This document shows positions 9,775-19,694 of a DNA stretch of 64,000 bases, one piece after another. Within the stretch, counting starts at the first letter, position 1, and the number at the start of each line of letters is the position of its first letter. A program made the position numbers and the translations under genes. A model generated the notes under the pieces. That model was not told the origin of the DNA and did no database searches. It saw only the letters and a program-made list of their open reading frames with translations. This DNA comes from an uncultured Planctomycetota bacterium (GTDB lineage: Bacteria > Planctomycetota > Planctomycetia > Isosphaerales > Isosphaeraceae), in assembly GCA_963737655.1 (NCBI GenBank), contig CAVTTN010000002.1:5696001-5760000 (forward strand). Direction: 5' to 3'.

Positions 9775-11235
9775 ATGAACGATCGGGCCGACGGGGCAAG
9801 CGAAGCAGTCTGGCAGGCCGTCGCCCGGGGGTTCCGGGGCGATCGGGGCCGAAGGGTCGTCGTCGCGGTCTCGGGCGGGTCGGATAGCGTCGGCCTGCTT
9901 CGTGCCCTTCAGGAGATCGCGGGCGAATTCGGCCTGATTTTGTCGGTCGCCCACCTCGATCATGGGGTTCGGGGCGAGTCGGCGAGGGCCGATTCGGCGT
10001 TCGTGGCCGAGCTGGCCGGCTCCCTCGGCCTGCCCTTCGACCTGGGCCATTGGTCCCCCTCGCGCCCCGGGCATTTCGAGGCCGACGCCCGCCGGGGCCG
10101 CTATGCCTGGCTCGCCGAGGTCGCGATCCGACGAGGGGCCGAGGTCGTGTCCGTGGGCCATACCCGCGACGACCAGGCCGAGACCGTCCTGCATCGCATC
10201 CTCCGAGGCACCGGGCCTCGCGGGATCGCCGGGATGGCCCCTCGTCGCCGTCTGGCCGACGGGATCGCGCTGGCCCGGCCGTTCTTGGGCGTCTCGCGGG
10301 CCGAAATCCGCGCCTTCCTCGCCGCGATCGGCCAGGGTTTCCGCGACGACCCGACGAATCAAGACCTTTCGAAGACCCGGGCCCGGATTCGCCATGATCT
10401 GCTGCCGAAGCTCGCCTCCGAGTACAACCCGAACGTGGTCGAGGCGCTGGCGAGGCTCGCCGGGCTGGCCTCGGACGCCGACCGGGCGGCGAATCGGCGG
10501 GTCGAGCGGCTCAGGAAACGGGCGGAGCTTGGCGAATCGGCCTCGGCGATCGGTTTTCGGAGAGGAATCCTCGCGAGGATCGCGGAGTTCGACCGCGCCG
10601 AGGTCGTCCGGGCGTCGTGGAGGCTCCGCGGCCTCCCCGAAGCGGCGATGGACGGGCGGAGGTGGCGAGACGTCGCGAGGCGAGTCGTCGAGATCGAAGG
10701 GACCGCGACCCTGGCGGCGGGCGTCCATCTCGTCGGCCGGGGGGACGAGGTCTGGATCTCGGCGACCCCGCCCGCCGATCCTCCGCCGATGCCGACCGTC
10801 GCGCTGCCCGTCCCCGGGTCGGCCACGTATGCCCAGCTCCGGATCGAGGCGATCGAGGGGCGCGATCCCGACTTCGACGAGTCTCTGGACCTCGATCGGC
10901 TGGCCCTGCCCCTGGAAGTCGGCCCTCCGCGACCGAACGAGCGGTTCGACCCCCTGGGCATGGGAGGCAAGACGCAATCGCTCGACGACTTCCTCCGCAA
11001 CCGCCGGATCAAGAGGCCCGATCGCCCGGCCGAGGCGATCGTCCGGGACCGCCAGGGGATCGTCTGGGTCGTCGGCCATCGGATCGGCGAACGGACCAAG
11101 CAAACCCCCAGAACCCGGCGAATCCTCTCCCTCCGCTCCACCCCCCTCAGCCCACCGCCCACGGCCCACGGCCCACTGCCCACGGCTTTCTGCCCACGGC
11201 TACTTGCGATTGACCCCCCGGGCGGCCCGTCGTAG
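9775..11235 (+). CDS. tilS: tRNA(Ile)-lysidine synthetase
   Basis: PP-loop AVSGGSDS, AHLDHGVRG, GHTRDDQAETVL, DPTN, RARIRH, C-terminal IVWVVG. Confidence 0.95.
   Translation: MNDRADGASEAVWQAVARGFRGDRGRRVVVAVSGGSDSVGLLRALQEIAGEFGLILSVAHLDHGVRGESARADSAFVAELAGSLGLPFDLGHWSPSRPGHFEADARRGRYAWLAEVAIRRGAEVVSVGHTRDDQAETVLHRILRGTGPRGIAGMAPRRRLADGIALARPFLGVSRAEIRAFLAAIGQGFRDDPTNQDLSKTRARIRHDLLPKLASEYNPNVVEALARLAGLASDADRAANRRVERLRKRAELGESASAIGFRRGILARIAEFDRAEVVRASWRLRGLPEAAMDGRRWRDVARRVVEIEGTATLAAGVHLVGRGDEVWISATPPADPPPMPTVALPVPGSATYAQLRIEAIEGRDPDFDESLDLDRLALPLEVGPPRPNERFDPLGMGGKTQSLDDFLRNRRIKRPDRPAEAIVRDRQGIVWVVGHRIGERTKQTPRTRRILSLRSTPLSPPPTAHGPLPTAFCPRLLAIDPPGGPS
11158..11206. repeat. Short heptamer tandem repeat (CCCAC[GT]G)n in the tilS 3' end
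   Basis: cccacgg cccacgg cccactg cccacgg ... cccacgg, translated as PTAHGPLPTAFCPR. Confidence 0.65.
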
Positions 11236-11303
11236 AGTGCCCGGCCCCTGGCCGACGCCCCCGGACGACCCGTCGTTTTCCCGTCCTCGCAGGCTCGTCG
11301 GGC

Positions 11304-12527
11304 ATGAACGAACCGTCTCCGCGATCGCGATTGGTGCTGCCGGCCCTGATGGTCGGCGGCCTGGTCGCGCGCCTGGCGGCGGCCGTGCTGGTGGAGGGGG
11401 CGGCGAGGCGGAGGGGCTCGCTCTGCCTGTTCGACGACACGGCGATTTACTGGGAGCTCGCCGGGGCGATCCGCGCGGGGCGGCCGTTCTCGGTCGATCA
11501 GTTCGGCGTCCCCCACCTGGCGCTGAGGACTCCCGGCTATCCGCTGTTCCTCGCCGGGTGCCAGGCCGTCTTCGGGCCGACCAACACGCTGGCCGTCCGC
11601 GTGGTCCAGGCGATTTTGGGGGCCGGGTGCGTCGGACTGGTGGATGGACTGACAAAACAGGTGCTCGGAAATCGATCGGCGGCGCGGGTCGCGGCGGGGA
11701 TCGCGGCGTTCGAGCCGTTCTGGGCCGGGACGTCGGCCCTGATCCTGTCCGAGGCGGTGTTCGTCCCCTTCCTGCTGCTGATGCTCTGGGGCCTGGCCGC
11801 GTTGTGGTCGCCGGGGCCGAGGCGGCCGGTCGTCGTCGCGATGTTCACGGGGGCGGCGGCCGGCGCGGCGGTCCTGGTGAAGCCGTCGTTTGCCCTGGCG
11901 GTCCCGATCCTGCCGATGGCGTGGCTGGCGACGGCCCGAGACGGCCGGTCGCTGCGGCTGACGCTGATCGTGGGCCTGGGCGCGGTTGTGGTGATGGCGC
12001 CGTGGTGGGCCCGCAACGCCCGGGTCCTGGGCCGGTTCGTGCCGACGGCCTCGTGGGGAGGCGCCAGCCTGTTCGACGGCCTGAACCCCTCGGCCGACGG
12101 GTCGAGCGACATGAGGTTCCTCGCCAGGCCCGAGGTCCGCGGCCTCCCGGAACTCGATCAGGACGCCTTCTTGACGAAGAATGCCCTGGAATTCGCCCGC
12201 GAGCATCCGTGGCGAGTGGCCCGGCTCGCCCTGATCAAGGCCGGGCGGTTCTGGAGCCCGTGGCCCAACGCCGAATCGTTCCGGTCCAGGACGATCGCGG
12301 CGGCCAGCGCCGCGGTGAGCTTGCCCCTGTTTTTCTGGCTGGCGCTGGGGGCCTGGAAGTGCCGAAACGATGTCCGGGCGCTGGTGCTCCTGGGCGGGCC
12401 CTTGCTGTATTTCTTCGCGCTTCACCTGGTTTTCGTGAGCTCGATCCGCTACCGGATCCCGGGGATGGTGCCGGCGTTCGGCTTGGTCGCGGCGGGGTTG
12501 GTCCGGGGCGGGCGCGATTCGGGGTGA
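11304..12527 (+). CDS. GT-C membrane glycosyltransferase (ArnT/PMT-like, GT39 type)
   Basis: DTAIYWELA, LRTPGYPLFLA, LSE, PWWARN, RYRIP; multiple transmembrane segments. Confidence 0.8.
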   Translation: MNEPSPRSRLVLPALMVGGLVARLAAAVLVEGAARRRGSLCLFDDTAIYWELAGAIRAGRPFSVDQFGVPHLALRTPGYPLFLAGCQAVFGPTNTLAVRVVQAILGAGCVGLVDGLTKQVLGNRSAARVAAGIAAFEPFWAGTSALILSEAVFVPFLLLMLWGLAALWSPGPRRPVVVAMFTGAAAGAAVLVKPSFALAVPILPMAWLATARDGRSLRLTLIVGLGAVVVMAPWWARNARVLGRFVPTASWGGASLFDGLNPSADGSSDMRFLARPEVRGLPELDQDAFLTKNALEFAREHPWRVARLALIKAGRFWSPWPNAESFRSRTIAAASAAVSLPLFFWLALGAWKCRNDVRALVLLGGPLLYFFALHLVFVSSIRYRIPGMVPAFGLVAAGLVRGGRDSG

Positions 12528-12577
12528 AGTGAGATCGAAGCCGGTGCATCCCATGCACCCGACGAGGAGCAGGCCCC

Positions 12578-15500
12578 ATGCGACGCAGGACGCTCGTTCG
12601 AATCCGCAAGATCCTGGGCTGGGGGTTCCTCGTCGTCGCGTCGATCCTGGGCGGCTCTCTGTGGTTCGCGTATGCGTATATCACCGACAGCGACACCCTC
12701 GCCGGGATGATCCGGGACGAGACGCCGAAGTATCTGCCGAAGGCGCGGGTGATCGTCGATCGCGTGCAGCTCCGGCCCCTGGTGGGGGACGTCGAGCTCA
12801 AGGGCACGACGGTCTGGCAGACGATCGACGGCGAGGATTTCCGGGCGGTGTCGATCCCGTGGCTCCAGGTCCGCTCGGACTTCCGGTCGCTGATCTGGGG
12901 GACGCTCTCGACCCGGGAAATCATCGTGGCGCAGCCCCGCCTGAGGCTTCGGAGGCGGGCCGACGGGACGTGGAACCTCCAGGGGCTGCTGGCCGACCCG
13001 TGGCCGGCGACGAAGTTCCCCCGGCCGGTCGTGACGATCAGCAAGGGCGTGGTCGAGCTGGCCGACGGCGCCAAGGTCGAGCCGATCCTGCGGGACGTGT
13101 CCATCCGGGTCGAGCCCCAGGTCGATGGCTCGTACAAGTTCGAGGGGGACGCCCGGGGCGACCTGTTCGAGAAGGTGGCGCTGGCCGGGACGTTCCACCC
13201 CCGGACCGGCCGGGTGGTCATGACCAGCGGGGACATCACGTCCCTGGCGATCAACGACGCGATGAGGGGGCGCCTGCCGCCGTCGTGGCGGTCGGCGCTG
13301 GATGCCGCCGGGGTCGAGCGAGGCGAGGTGGACCTCTCCATCGGCCGGATCGAGCGCGACCCGGCCCTGGGCCCGGGCGTCCGGTACGACGTGGGCGTGA
13401 CGCTTCGAGGGGGCGTCTGGAAGTGCGCGAAGCTGCCGTTCCCCCTGGCCGACGTCGGCGCCTCGGCCCGGATCACCAACGACCGGATCGCGATCGCCTC
13501 GGCCGAGGGGCACGACGGCAAGACCCTGGTGAGGCTCCGGCCGTCGTGGCTCTCGGGGTCCGACCCGGTCTCCGGGCCGATGGAGCTGAACCTCGACGCC
13601 CTCGGCCTGGAGCTGGACGAGAGGCTCCGCGGCAAGACGCCGGAGAAGCTCCTGGGCCTCTGGAACGACTTCTCCCCTCCGGGCCGAGCCAACCTCGGCC
13701 GGGTGGATGCCTCGGTCCGGATCGCCCGGCCGGCGACCGGGGCGCCCTGGTCTATGGCGCCTCGGTGACGGTCCAGGACGTGGCGATCCTCTACCGCCAC
13801 TTCCCCTATCCCCTGGAGCACATCCGGGGGACGCTCGCCTGGTCCGGGCCCAGGGTGACGGTGGACCTGGAGACGGTCGTCGGCGGCAAGCCCCTGACGG
13901 CCCGGGGCACGATCCGCAACCCGGGCCGCGAGGCCGTGGTCGACCTGACGTTCACCGCCGGGCTCATGCCGGTGGACGACGTCCTCTTCGGCGCGTTGAT
14001 GCCGGACGTGAGGAAGGTGGTCCAGGACTTCCGGCCCGAGGGGAGCGTCCACGGCACCGCGACCCTCCACCGCGACCCTCCGCCCCCCGGAGGGGACGCC
14101 AAGGGGATCGTCCAGGTCCACGCCGAGCTCGACCTGAACCCCGGATGCGCCCTGACCTGGGTCAGCCTGCCGTACCCCGTCCGCAACCTGACCGGGCACC
14201 TCAGCCTCCATCCCGAGAGCTGGGTCTTCACCGACATGAAGGGGGAGAACAACCGCGCGAGGATCTCCGCGAGCGGGCGGGTGGACCGCGCCCCGGGCGG
14301 CAAGCCGTCGGTGGACATCGCCCTGACCGCCGAGCACCTCCCGCTCGATCCCCAGCTCCGCGACGCCCTGCCCGGCGAATGGAAGCGGACCTGGGGCATC
14401 CTCCGGCCCACCGGCCAGGCCGCCGTGAACGCCCACATCGTCCTGAAGCCCGGCCAGAGAGACGACTACAAGTTCCAGATCCTGCCCGAGCCCGACACGA
14501 GGATCCACCTGCTGCTCACGCCCGCCCCCGGAACCGCCACCGCCGGCCGAGACGGCGTGATCGAACTGCCGCCGATGGAGGTCCAGGAAGGCGTGTTCTC
14601 GTTCGACAACGGCCTGGTGACGATGACCGACGTCGGCTTCACCTTCCACCAGGCCCCGGTCCGCTTCGGCTCGGGCTCGGTCCGCCTGGAAGACTCCGGC
14701 CGGTTCCGGCTCCACGCCGACGACCTGGAGGTCACCCGGCTGAGGCTGGATTCGGACTTGAGGAAGTCGATGCCGCCGGTCATGGCCGCCTTCGCCCGAC
14801 GGCTCGACGACGGCAAGACGTTCGACGCCCGGGGCGACCTGGACATCTCCTGGTCGGGCCAGCCCGGGGCGCCGGCCGTCTGCGCGTGGGACCGGGCCCG
14901 GGTCGTCTTCGTCGATAACACGGTCTCCGCCGGCCTGCCGTTGGAGCACATCCAGGGCGAGGTCCGCGACGTCTCGGGATGGTCCGACGGCCGATCCCTG
15001 GTCGTGAACAAGGGCATCCTGGACCTGGCCAGCGTGAACCTCCTGGGCCAGCAGGTCACCCGCGTGAGCTCGCCCCTGAGCGTCGGGGACGGCCGGGCCG
15101 AGCTCAAGGACATCAAGGCCAGCCTCCTGGGCGGGACGATCTTCGGCCACGTGGGCGTGACTTTGGACGCCACCCCTCGGTACGACGTGTATCTGAATGT
15201 CGTCGGCGCGAGGCTGGAGGAGTACGCCCGGACCGTCCCCGGCCACCAGGAATACCGAGGCGAGGTCTTCGGCGAGGTGGGGTTCACCGGGCTGGGCCAG
15301 GACCTCAAGACGCTCAAGGGCCGGGGCAAGGCGGAGGTCGTCCGGGGCGACCTCGGCAAGCTGCCGATCCTGTTCCAGCTCGCGCAGCTGCTGAAGCTCA
15401 ACGGCCGGGGGATGTTCGAGGGGGCGTCGGCGGCGTTCACGATCGAGAACGGCGAGGTGGACCTCGACCCGATCAAGATCAAGAGCAACGCCGTGAGCCT

Positions 15501-15754
15501 CCAGGGGCTCGGGCACGATCAGCCCTCTGGGGATGCTGGATATCCTGCTGGCCCCGGTCGTCGGCAAGGACGAGAAGTTCCACGTCCGGGGGATCTCGGA
15601 CCTGGCGAGGATCCTCGGAGGGGAGCTCGTGGCCATCCACGTGACGGGACCGGCCACGTCCCCCCGACCCAGGCTCCAGCCCCTGCCCAAGGTCGTCCGG
15701 GGCGCCGGGCAGGTCGCCAAGAAGATGGGCGACCGGGGCGGCGACCGGCGGTGA
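12578..15754 (+). CDS. AsmA-like/DUF3971-type envelope protein; frameshifts near 13735 and 15515
   Basis: N-terminal TM anchor, LRRRADGTWNL, repeated FPYPLEHIRG/LPYPVRNLTG units, C-terminal IHVTGP..P; spread over three frames. Confidence 0.75.
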
Positions 15755-15789
15755 TCGCCGATTTCGGCCCCGGAAGAGGCCCAACTCGC

Positions 15790-15922
15790 GTGGCATGCCC
15801 ACGAAGACGTGGGCATGTCTTCGGCCCGGCGACAAGATCGCGCCGGGCCGTGTCTTGCTGATCGGCAAACATGGGTCTCAAGTCGGACCGAAGACATGCC
15901 CACGGCTTCGTGGGCATGCCAC
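15790..15922. repeat. REP-like element family A (GTGGCATGCCCACG...CGTGGGCATG), inverted doublet
   Basis: Two inverted palindromic units between convergent genes; related copies at 36219 and 39114. Confidence 0.85.
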
Positions 15923-15967
15923 CCGGGGAAACGATCCTTCGACCTCGTCCCCGTCGCGCTTGATGGT

Positions 15968-16692
15968 TCAATCCGCCGCCATCGCCCGGCCGATGAAGGC
16001 GAAGAGGGCGGGGTCCAGGCCGTTCTTCGCGGCCATGCCGGGCTCGTCCTGATAGGCCGTCTTCGCCGAGCGCTCGATCCCCGGGTCTCCGCCGGTGAAC
16101 TCGGCCACCAGGCCCGACCATCGCCGGGCCAGCCCTCGGACCTTCTCGCTTCTCGGGTCGTCCCCGGCCTCCATCGCGGCGCGGACCTCCGCGATCAGGG
16201 CCGGCCATTCGGCCTCGACCTGCTTGATCCTCTCGGGGCCGATCGCCTCGGCCCGGGCCTTCAACTGGTCGAGTTGCTCGGCCGTGTAGGACTTCTCGAT
16301 CATGGCGCTCTCCTCGATCAGGGACAGGACCGCGTCGGCGGAGGCCCCCTCCGCCGAATCCAGGGCCCGGGCGACCCGTTCCAGGCGCCCCGGAGTTTCC
16401 TCCGCGACTCGATCTCCTCGTCCAGCCTCGCGATTCGCAGGGCGACGGCCCGGACGAGCGAGAATTCGGGGTCGCGGAGGCATTCGCCGATCTCTTCCAG
16501 GGACAGCCCGATCCCCCGGAGCGTGACGACCTGCCCCAGCCTTCGGACGTCGCCCTCGGTGTAGAGCCGATGGCCCGCCCCGGTGCGGAACGACGGCGAG
16601 AGCAGGCCCACGGCGTCGTAATGGTGGAGCGCCCGGACCGAGAGGCCGGTCCTCCGGGCCAGGTCGCCCACCTTCCACGGCGGAGGCTTCAT
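15968..16692 (-). CDS. MerR-family regulator with TipAS-like C-terminal domain; frameshift near 16390
   Basis: WKVGDLARRTGLSVRALHHYDAVGLL, GHRLY; C-terminus EWPALIAEV..DPRSEKVRGLARRWSGLVAEFTGGD. Confidence 0.88.
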
Positions 16693-16752
16693 GAGGTCGT
16701 CTCCTCGCTCGGAGGGTCTCCGCTCCGGGAGAATCCCCCGGCCCTCGCCAGA

Positions 16753-16783
16753 AGGGTACGACCTGACGCCGCGTGAGGATCAA
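16753..16783 (-). promoter_or_regulatory. MerR-type promoter/operator with 19-bp spacer
   Basis: TTGATC-N19-TACCCT with dyad CCTCACGC-G-GCGTCAGG, about 60 bp upstream of the MerR gene. Confidence 0.8.
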
Positions 16784-16860
16784 GGGGGAAGCCGGCCGTT
16801 TCGGAGAAAATCCCGGATTTTGGCGACGATGGCGGAGAAACCCCCTTGGGTCCGACCCCA

Positions 16861-16965
16861 ATTCACCACGAAGCCACGAAGGGCACGGAGGAAGACACGA
16901 AGACAGGCGGAATTCACCGACTTCTTCGTGTCTTCCTCCGTGCCCTTCGTGGCTTCGTGGTGAAT
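16861..16965. repeat. Long palindromic element family B (ATTCACCACGAAG...CTTCGTGGTGAAT)
   Basis: Perfect 43-bp inverted arms at 16861-16903 and 16923-16965. Confidence 0.9.
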
Positions 16966-17017
16966 TTCCCGGGGTTTTCGACAGGGCCCGGCCGCGGCCT
17001 CGTCCGTCCCAGATCGC

Positions 17018-17635
17018 TCAGAACAACAGGAGGAGATACGCCCCGCTGAGTGCTCCGATGACGACCCAGGCGGCCCCGGTCAGGCGCCCGAGCCGATCGG
17101 TCCAGGTCGGCCGGGCCCGACAGGCGCCGCAGACCATCATGGTCGTCCACGCCCACACGACGCCCGAACCGACGAGGAAGCCGACGACGACCTGGGCCAT
17201 CTCGTAATCCCCCTGGTTCGGATGCATGGGGTTCCAGCCCGTTTTTCCCATGCAGAGCCAGGTCGTCGCGATCGTCACGACGCAGCCCACGGTGGGCAGC
17301 AGGCACGCGAGGAAGCCGGGCGCCCGGCGGAGGCGCCGGGGCCGGGGCGGCTTGAGCTGGACCAGCAAGCACGCGGGCGTCCAGGCCGCGACGAACGGCG
17401 TCACGTAGAGCACGCACAATTCCGTGCTGATCTGGAGGGCCTCCCGGGGCGTCCATCCCCCCGGCGGATCGGATAACACGCCCCAGAGCCTCGCCGGGGT
17501 GACGCCCGGGTCGATGTACCGGACCAAACCCAACCCCGCGCCCACCCCCGCGATCAGGATCAGCCCGTCCGCGATGCCGAATCGGCGGCCGTCGCTCCTC
17601 ACGCCCTCCGAATGTCCCGGCTCACCCATCGTCAA
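17018..17635 (-). CDS. Hypothetical membrane protein
   Basis: RRFGIADGLILIAG N-terminus, about five hydrophobic segments, W.DRLGR..G..W C-terminus. Confidence 0.7.
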   Translation of the reverse strand: MTMGEPGHSEGVRSDGRRFGIADGLILIAGVGAGLGLVRYIDPGVTPARLWGVLSDPPGGWTPREALQISTELCVLYVTPFVAAWTPACLLVQLKPPRPRRLRRAPGFLACLLPTVGCVVTIATTWLCMGKTGWNPMHPNQGDYEMAQVVVGFLVGSGVVWAWTTMMVCGACRARPTWTDRLGRLTGAAWVVIGALSGAYLLLLF

Positions 17636-17672
17636 GTCCTCGGGGTTCGGGGAATCTTCGTCGGGAAAGCGC

Positions 17673-18284
17673 TCAGGAGGGCGGGACCGGCGAGGGCGAG
17701 GGCGAGGGGGCCGCGACGGGTTCGCGATTCGTCGCGAAATAGCGGGCCGCCCAGCCGCCGAGGGTCGCCCAGAGGAGGATTTCCAGGCACTGGCCGATCC
17801 GGCGAAAGTCCTCGGGGTTCACGGCCCTCGGGGGCGGGGTGCCCATCCCGCCGCCGGGGACGGCCGCGAGTCCGCCGAGGGGCAGGTTCCGCATCCCGCC
17901 GCCCATGCCTCCCATTCCCCCCATCCCGCCCATGCCGCCCATCAACGGCTGCTCGGCTTCGTCCTCCGGGGCATGGAGCCCGCTATACAGGGTCGTGAAC
18001 AGATTCGGCGAGAGCATCGGCCCGTGACCGAACGGGTTGCTCAAGGGGCCATGAGTGCTCATCAGAACACATCCCCAGCCCAGCAGCGCGAACCCGACCC
18101 AGAAGACCCGCCGGCCCTTCCGGCCGAAGCCGATCCCCAAAAGCGACGCGATCAGGAGGAAGAAGGTGACCGAATAGACGGCCCCGGCCCAGCTCGGCGT
18201 CCCGTTGCGGATCGCCGCCAGGGCCAGGGCGACGACGAGCACGATCAGGATCGAGGACGCGATCGTCAGGCGAGGACGGGGCAT
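17673..18284 (-). CDS. Hypothetical membrane protein with a Met/Gly-rich loop
   Basis: MPRPRLTIASSILIV, RVFWVGFALLGWG, MGGMGGMGGMGG, FRRIGQCL. Confidence 0.75.
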   Translation of the reverse strand: MPRPRLTIASSILIVLVVALALAAIRNGTPSWAGAVYSVTFFLLIASLLGIGFGRKGRRVFWVGFALLGWGCVLMSTHGPLSNPFGHGPMLSPNLFTTLYSGLHAPEDEAEQPLMGGMGGMGGMGGMGGGMRNLPLGGLAAVPGGGMGTPPPRAVNPEDFRRIGQCLEILLWATLGGWAARYFATNREPVAAPSPSPSPVPPS

Positions 18285-18380
18285 GGCACGGCGTTCTCCA
18301 ATCGTTCGACCCTGGCGTTTCTGAAAGGACGATCCGCAGGGGGGAGATTCCTCATGTCATCCTCGGCCTGGAAATCTCGC

Positions 18381-18720
18381 TCAGGAAGCGAGGGCGAGGA
18401 CTTCCTCATTCTCGCGGATTTGGGCGTCGATCTCCCCGGGGTGCGACCGGGCGTAGGCCCATGCGTTGACGAGGTCCTCGGCCCGGAGGTCGGGATAGGC
18501 GCGGAGCAGCTCCGCCTCGGAGGTCCCGAGGCGGCGGCCCTGCTCCAGGACCCACACCGGCACCCGGGTCCCGGCGATCCGCGGCCCCTCCGCAGACGCC
18601 GGGCGTGGATTCGACGCCGGCCCCGTCGCCGACCTCCCGGGCGACTCGCCGGAGGAGCTGGGCCTTTTCCGCTCGGGACATCCGGCCGAGGAGCCGTTCG
18701 ACATCGTCCAGAAGGCTCAT
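18381..18720 (-). CDS. DUF433 family protein (antitoxin-like); frameshift near 18585
   Basis: GVESTPGVCGG joined to RIAGTRVPVWVL..LLRAYPDLRAEDLVNAWAYA. Confidence 0.8.
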
Positions 18721-18891
18721 CGCGCATCCTCCTCCCCGAAGATCGTACCGCCGGGCCGGGGTGCGGTCTATCGTTTCGTCCCGGGGCCGAGGATCGTCTC
18801 ATGCCTGCTTGCCCCGGCCCCTCGGATCGTCTACGATCGCGGGAGTCCGGGCGTGGAGCCTCGGACCGTGACGCCGGGGGAGGCTCCGAGC

Positions 18892-19106
18892 ATGGCCACC
18901 GTCGAGACCAGACCGGCCGGGGCCCGGCGCCGCTCGTCCCTCCGATCGATCCGGCGGAACTGGCCCGGCGCAACGCGGCCCTGATCGCGGCGCTCGACGC
19001 CTGGGAACTCCAGGGGGACGAGCGGGAGCAGAAGGAGACGATGGACGTCCTCCGACAGGCCCTCGGCCCCGGTCGGACACTCTCCAGCCGGAGCCAGTTC
19101 CCTTGA
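18892..19106 (+). CDS. Putative antitoxin upstream of PIN toxin; frameshift near 18920
   Basis: GGAGG then ATG at 18892; RRNAALIAALDAW..DEREQKETMDVLRQAL; stop overlaps the PIN gene start (TTGA). Confidence 0.6.
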
Positions 19107-19558
19107 TCGCCGACCTCTTCCTGCTCGACAGCGGCCCGGTCGGCCTGATCACCAATCCCAGGGAATCCCCCTTCGCAGCGGCGTGCAAGGGCTGGTTCCG
19201 TTCGGCGCTCGCCGCCGGCTCCCGGGTCATGGTCCCCGAAGTGGTGGATGACGAAGTGAGACGCGAGTTGATCCGGGCCGGCAAGACGAAGGGCATCGGC
19301 CGCCTCGATACCCTGGTGAAGGCCGCGGGGGCCCTGCCCGTCGATGCCCGCGTCTGGCGGAAGGCGGCGGAGCTCTGGGCCGAGGCCCGGAATTCCGGCC
19401 GACCGACCGCCACGGATGCGGCCCTGGACGGCGACGTGATCCTCGCGGCGACCGCCCTCATCGCGGCCGAGGGCGGGGCGAAAGTCGTCGTGGTCACCGG
19501 CAACGTCGGGCACCTCGACCGCTTCGTCGATGCCCGCGACTGGAGGACCCTGGGATAA
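19103..19558 (+). CDS. PIN-domain (VapC-like) ribonuclease toxin
   Basis: LLDSGPVG, PEVVDDEVRREL, LDGDVILAA, VTGNVGHL. Confidence 0.85.
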   Translation: MIADLFLLDSGPVGLITNPRESPFAAACKGWFRSALAAGSRVMVPEVVDDEVRRELIRAGKTKGIGRLDTLVKAAGALPVDARVWRKAAELWAEARNSGRPTATDAALDGDVILAATALIAAEGGAKVVVVTGNVGHLDRFVDARDWRTLG

Positions 19559-19694
19559 GCCGATCGTCGCCGGTCCCGACAGGTGATCGGACCTTTCTCG
19601 CGTTTCGAACCCCAATCCCCCTCCCGGGACGCAATCCTCTCCTCCCAGCGCCCCTCCTCCGACCCCCTTCGCCTCGTCTCGGAGCGCCTCGACG

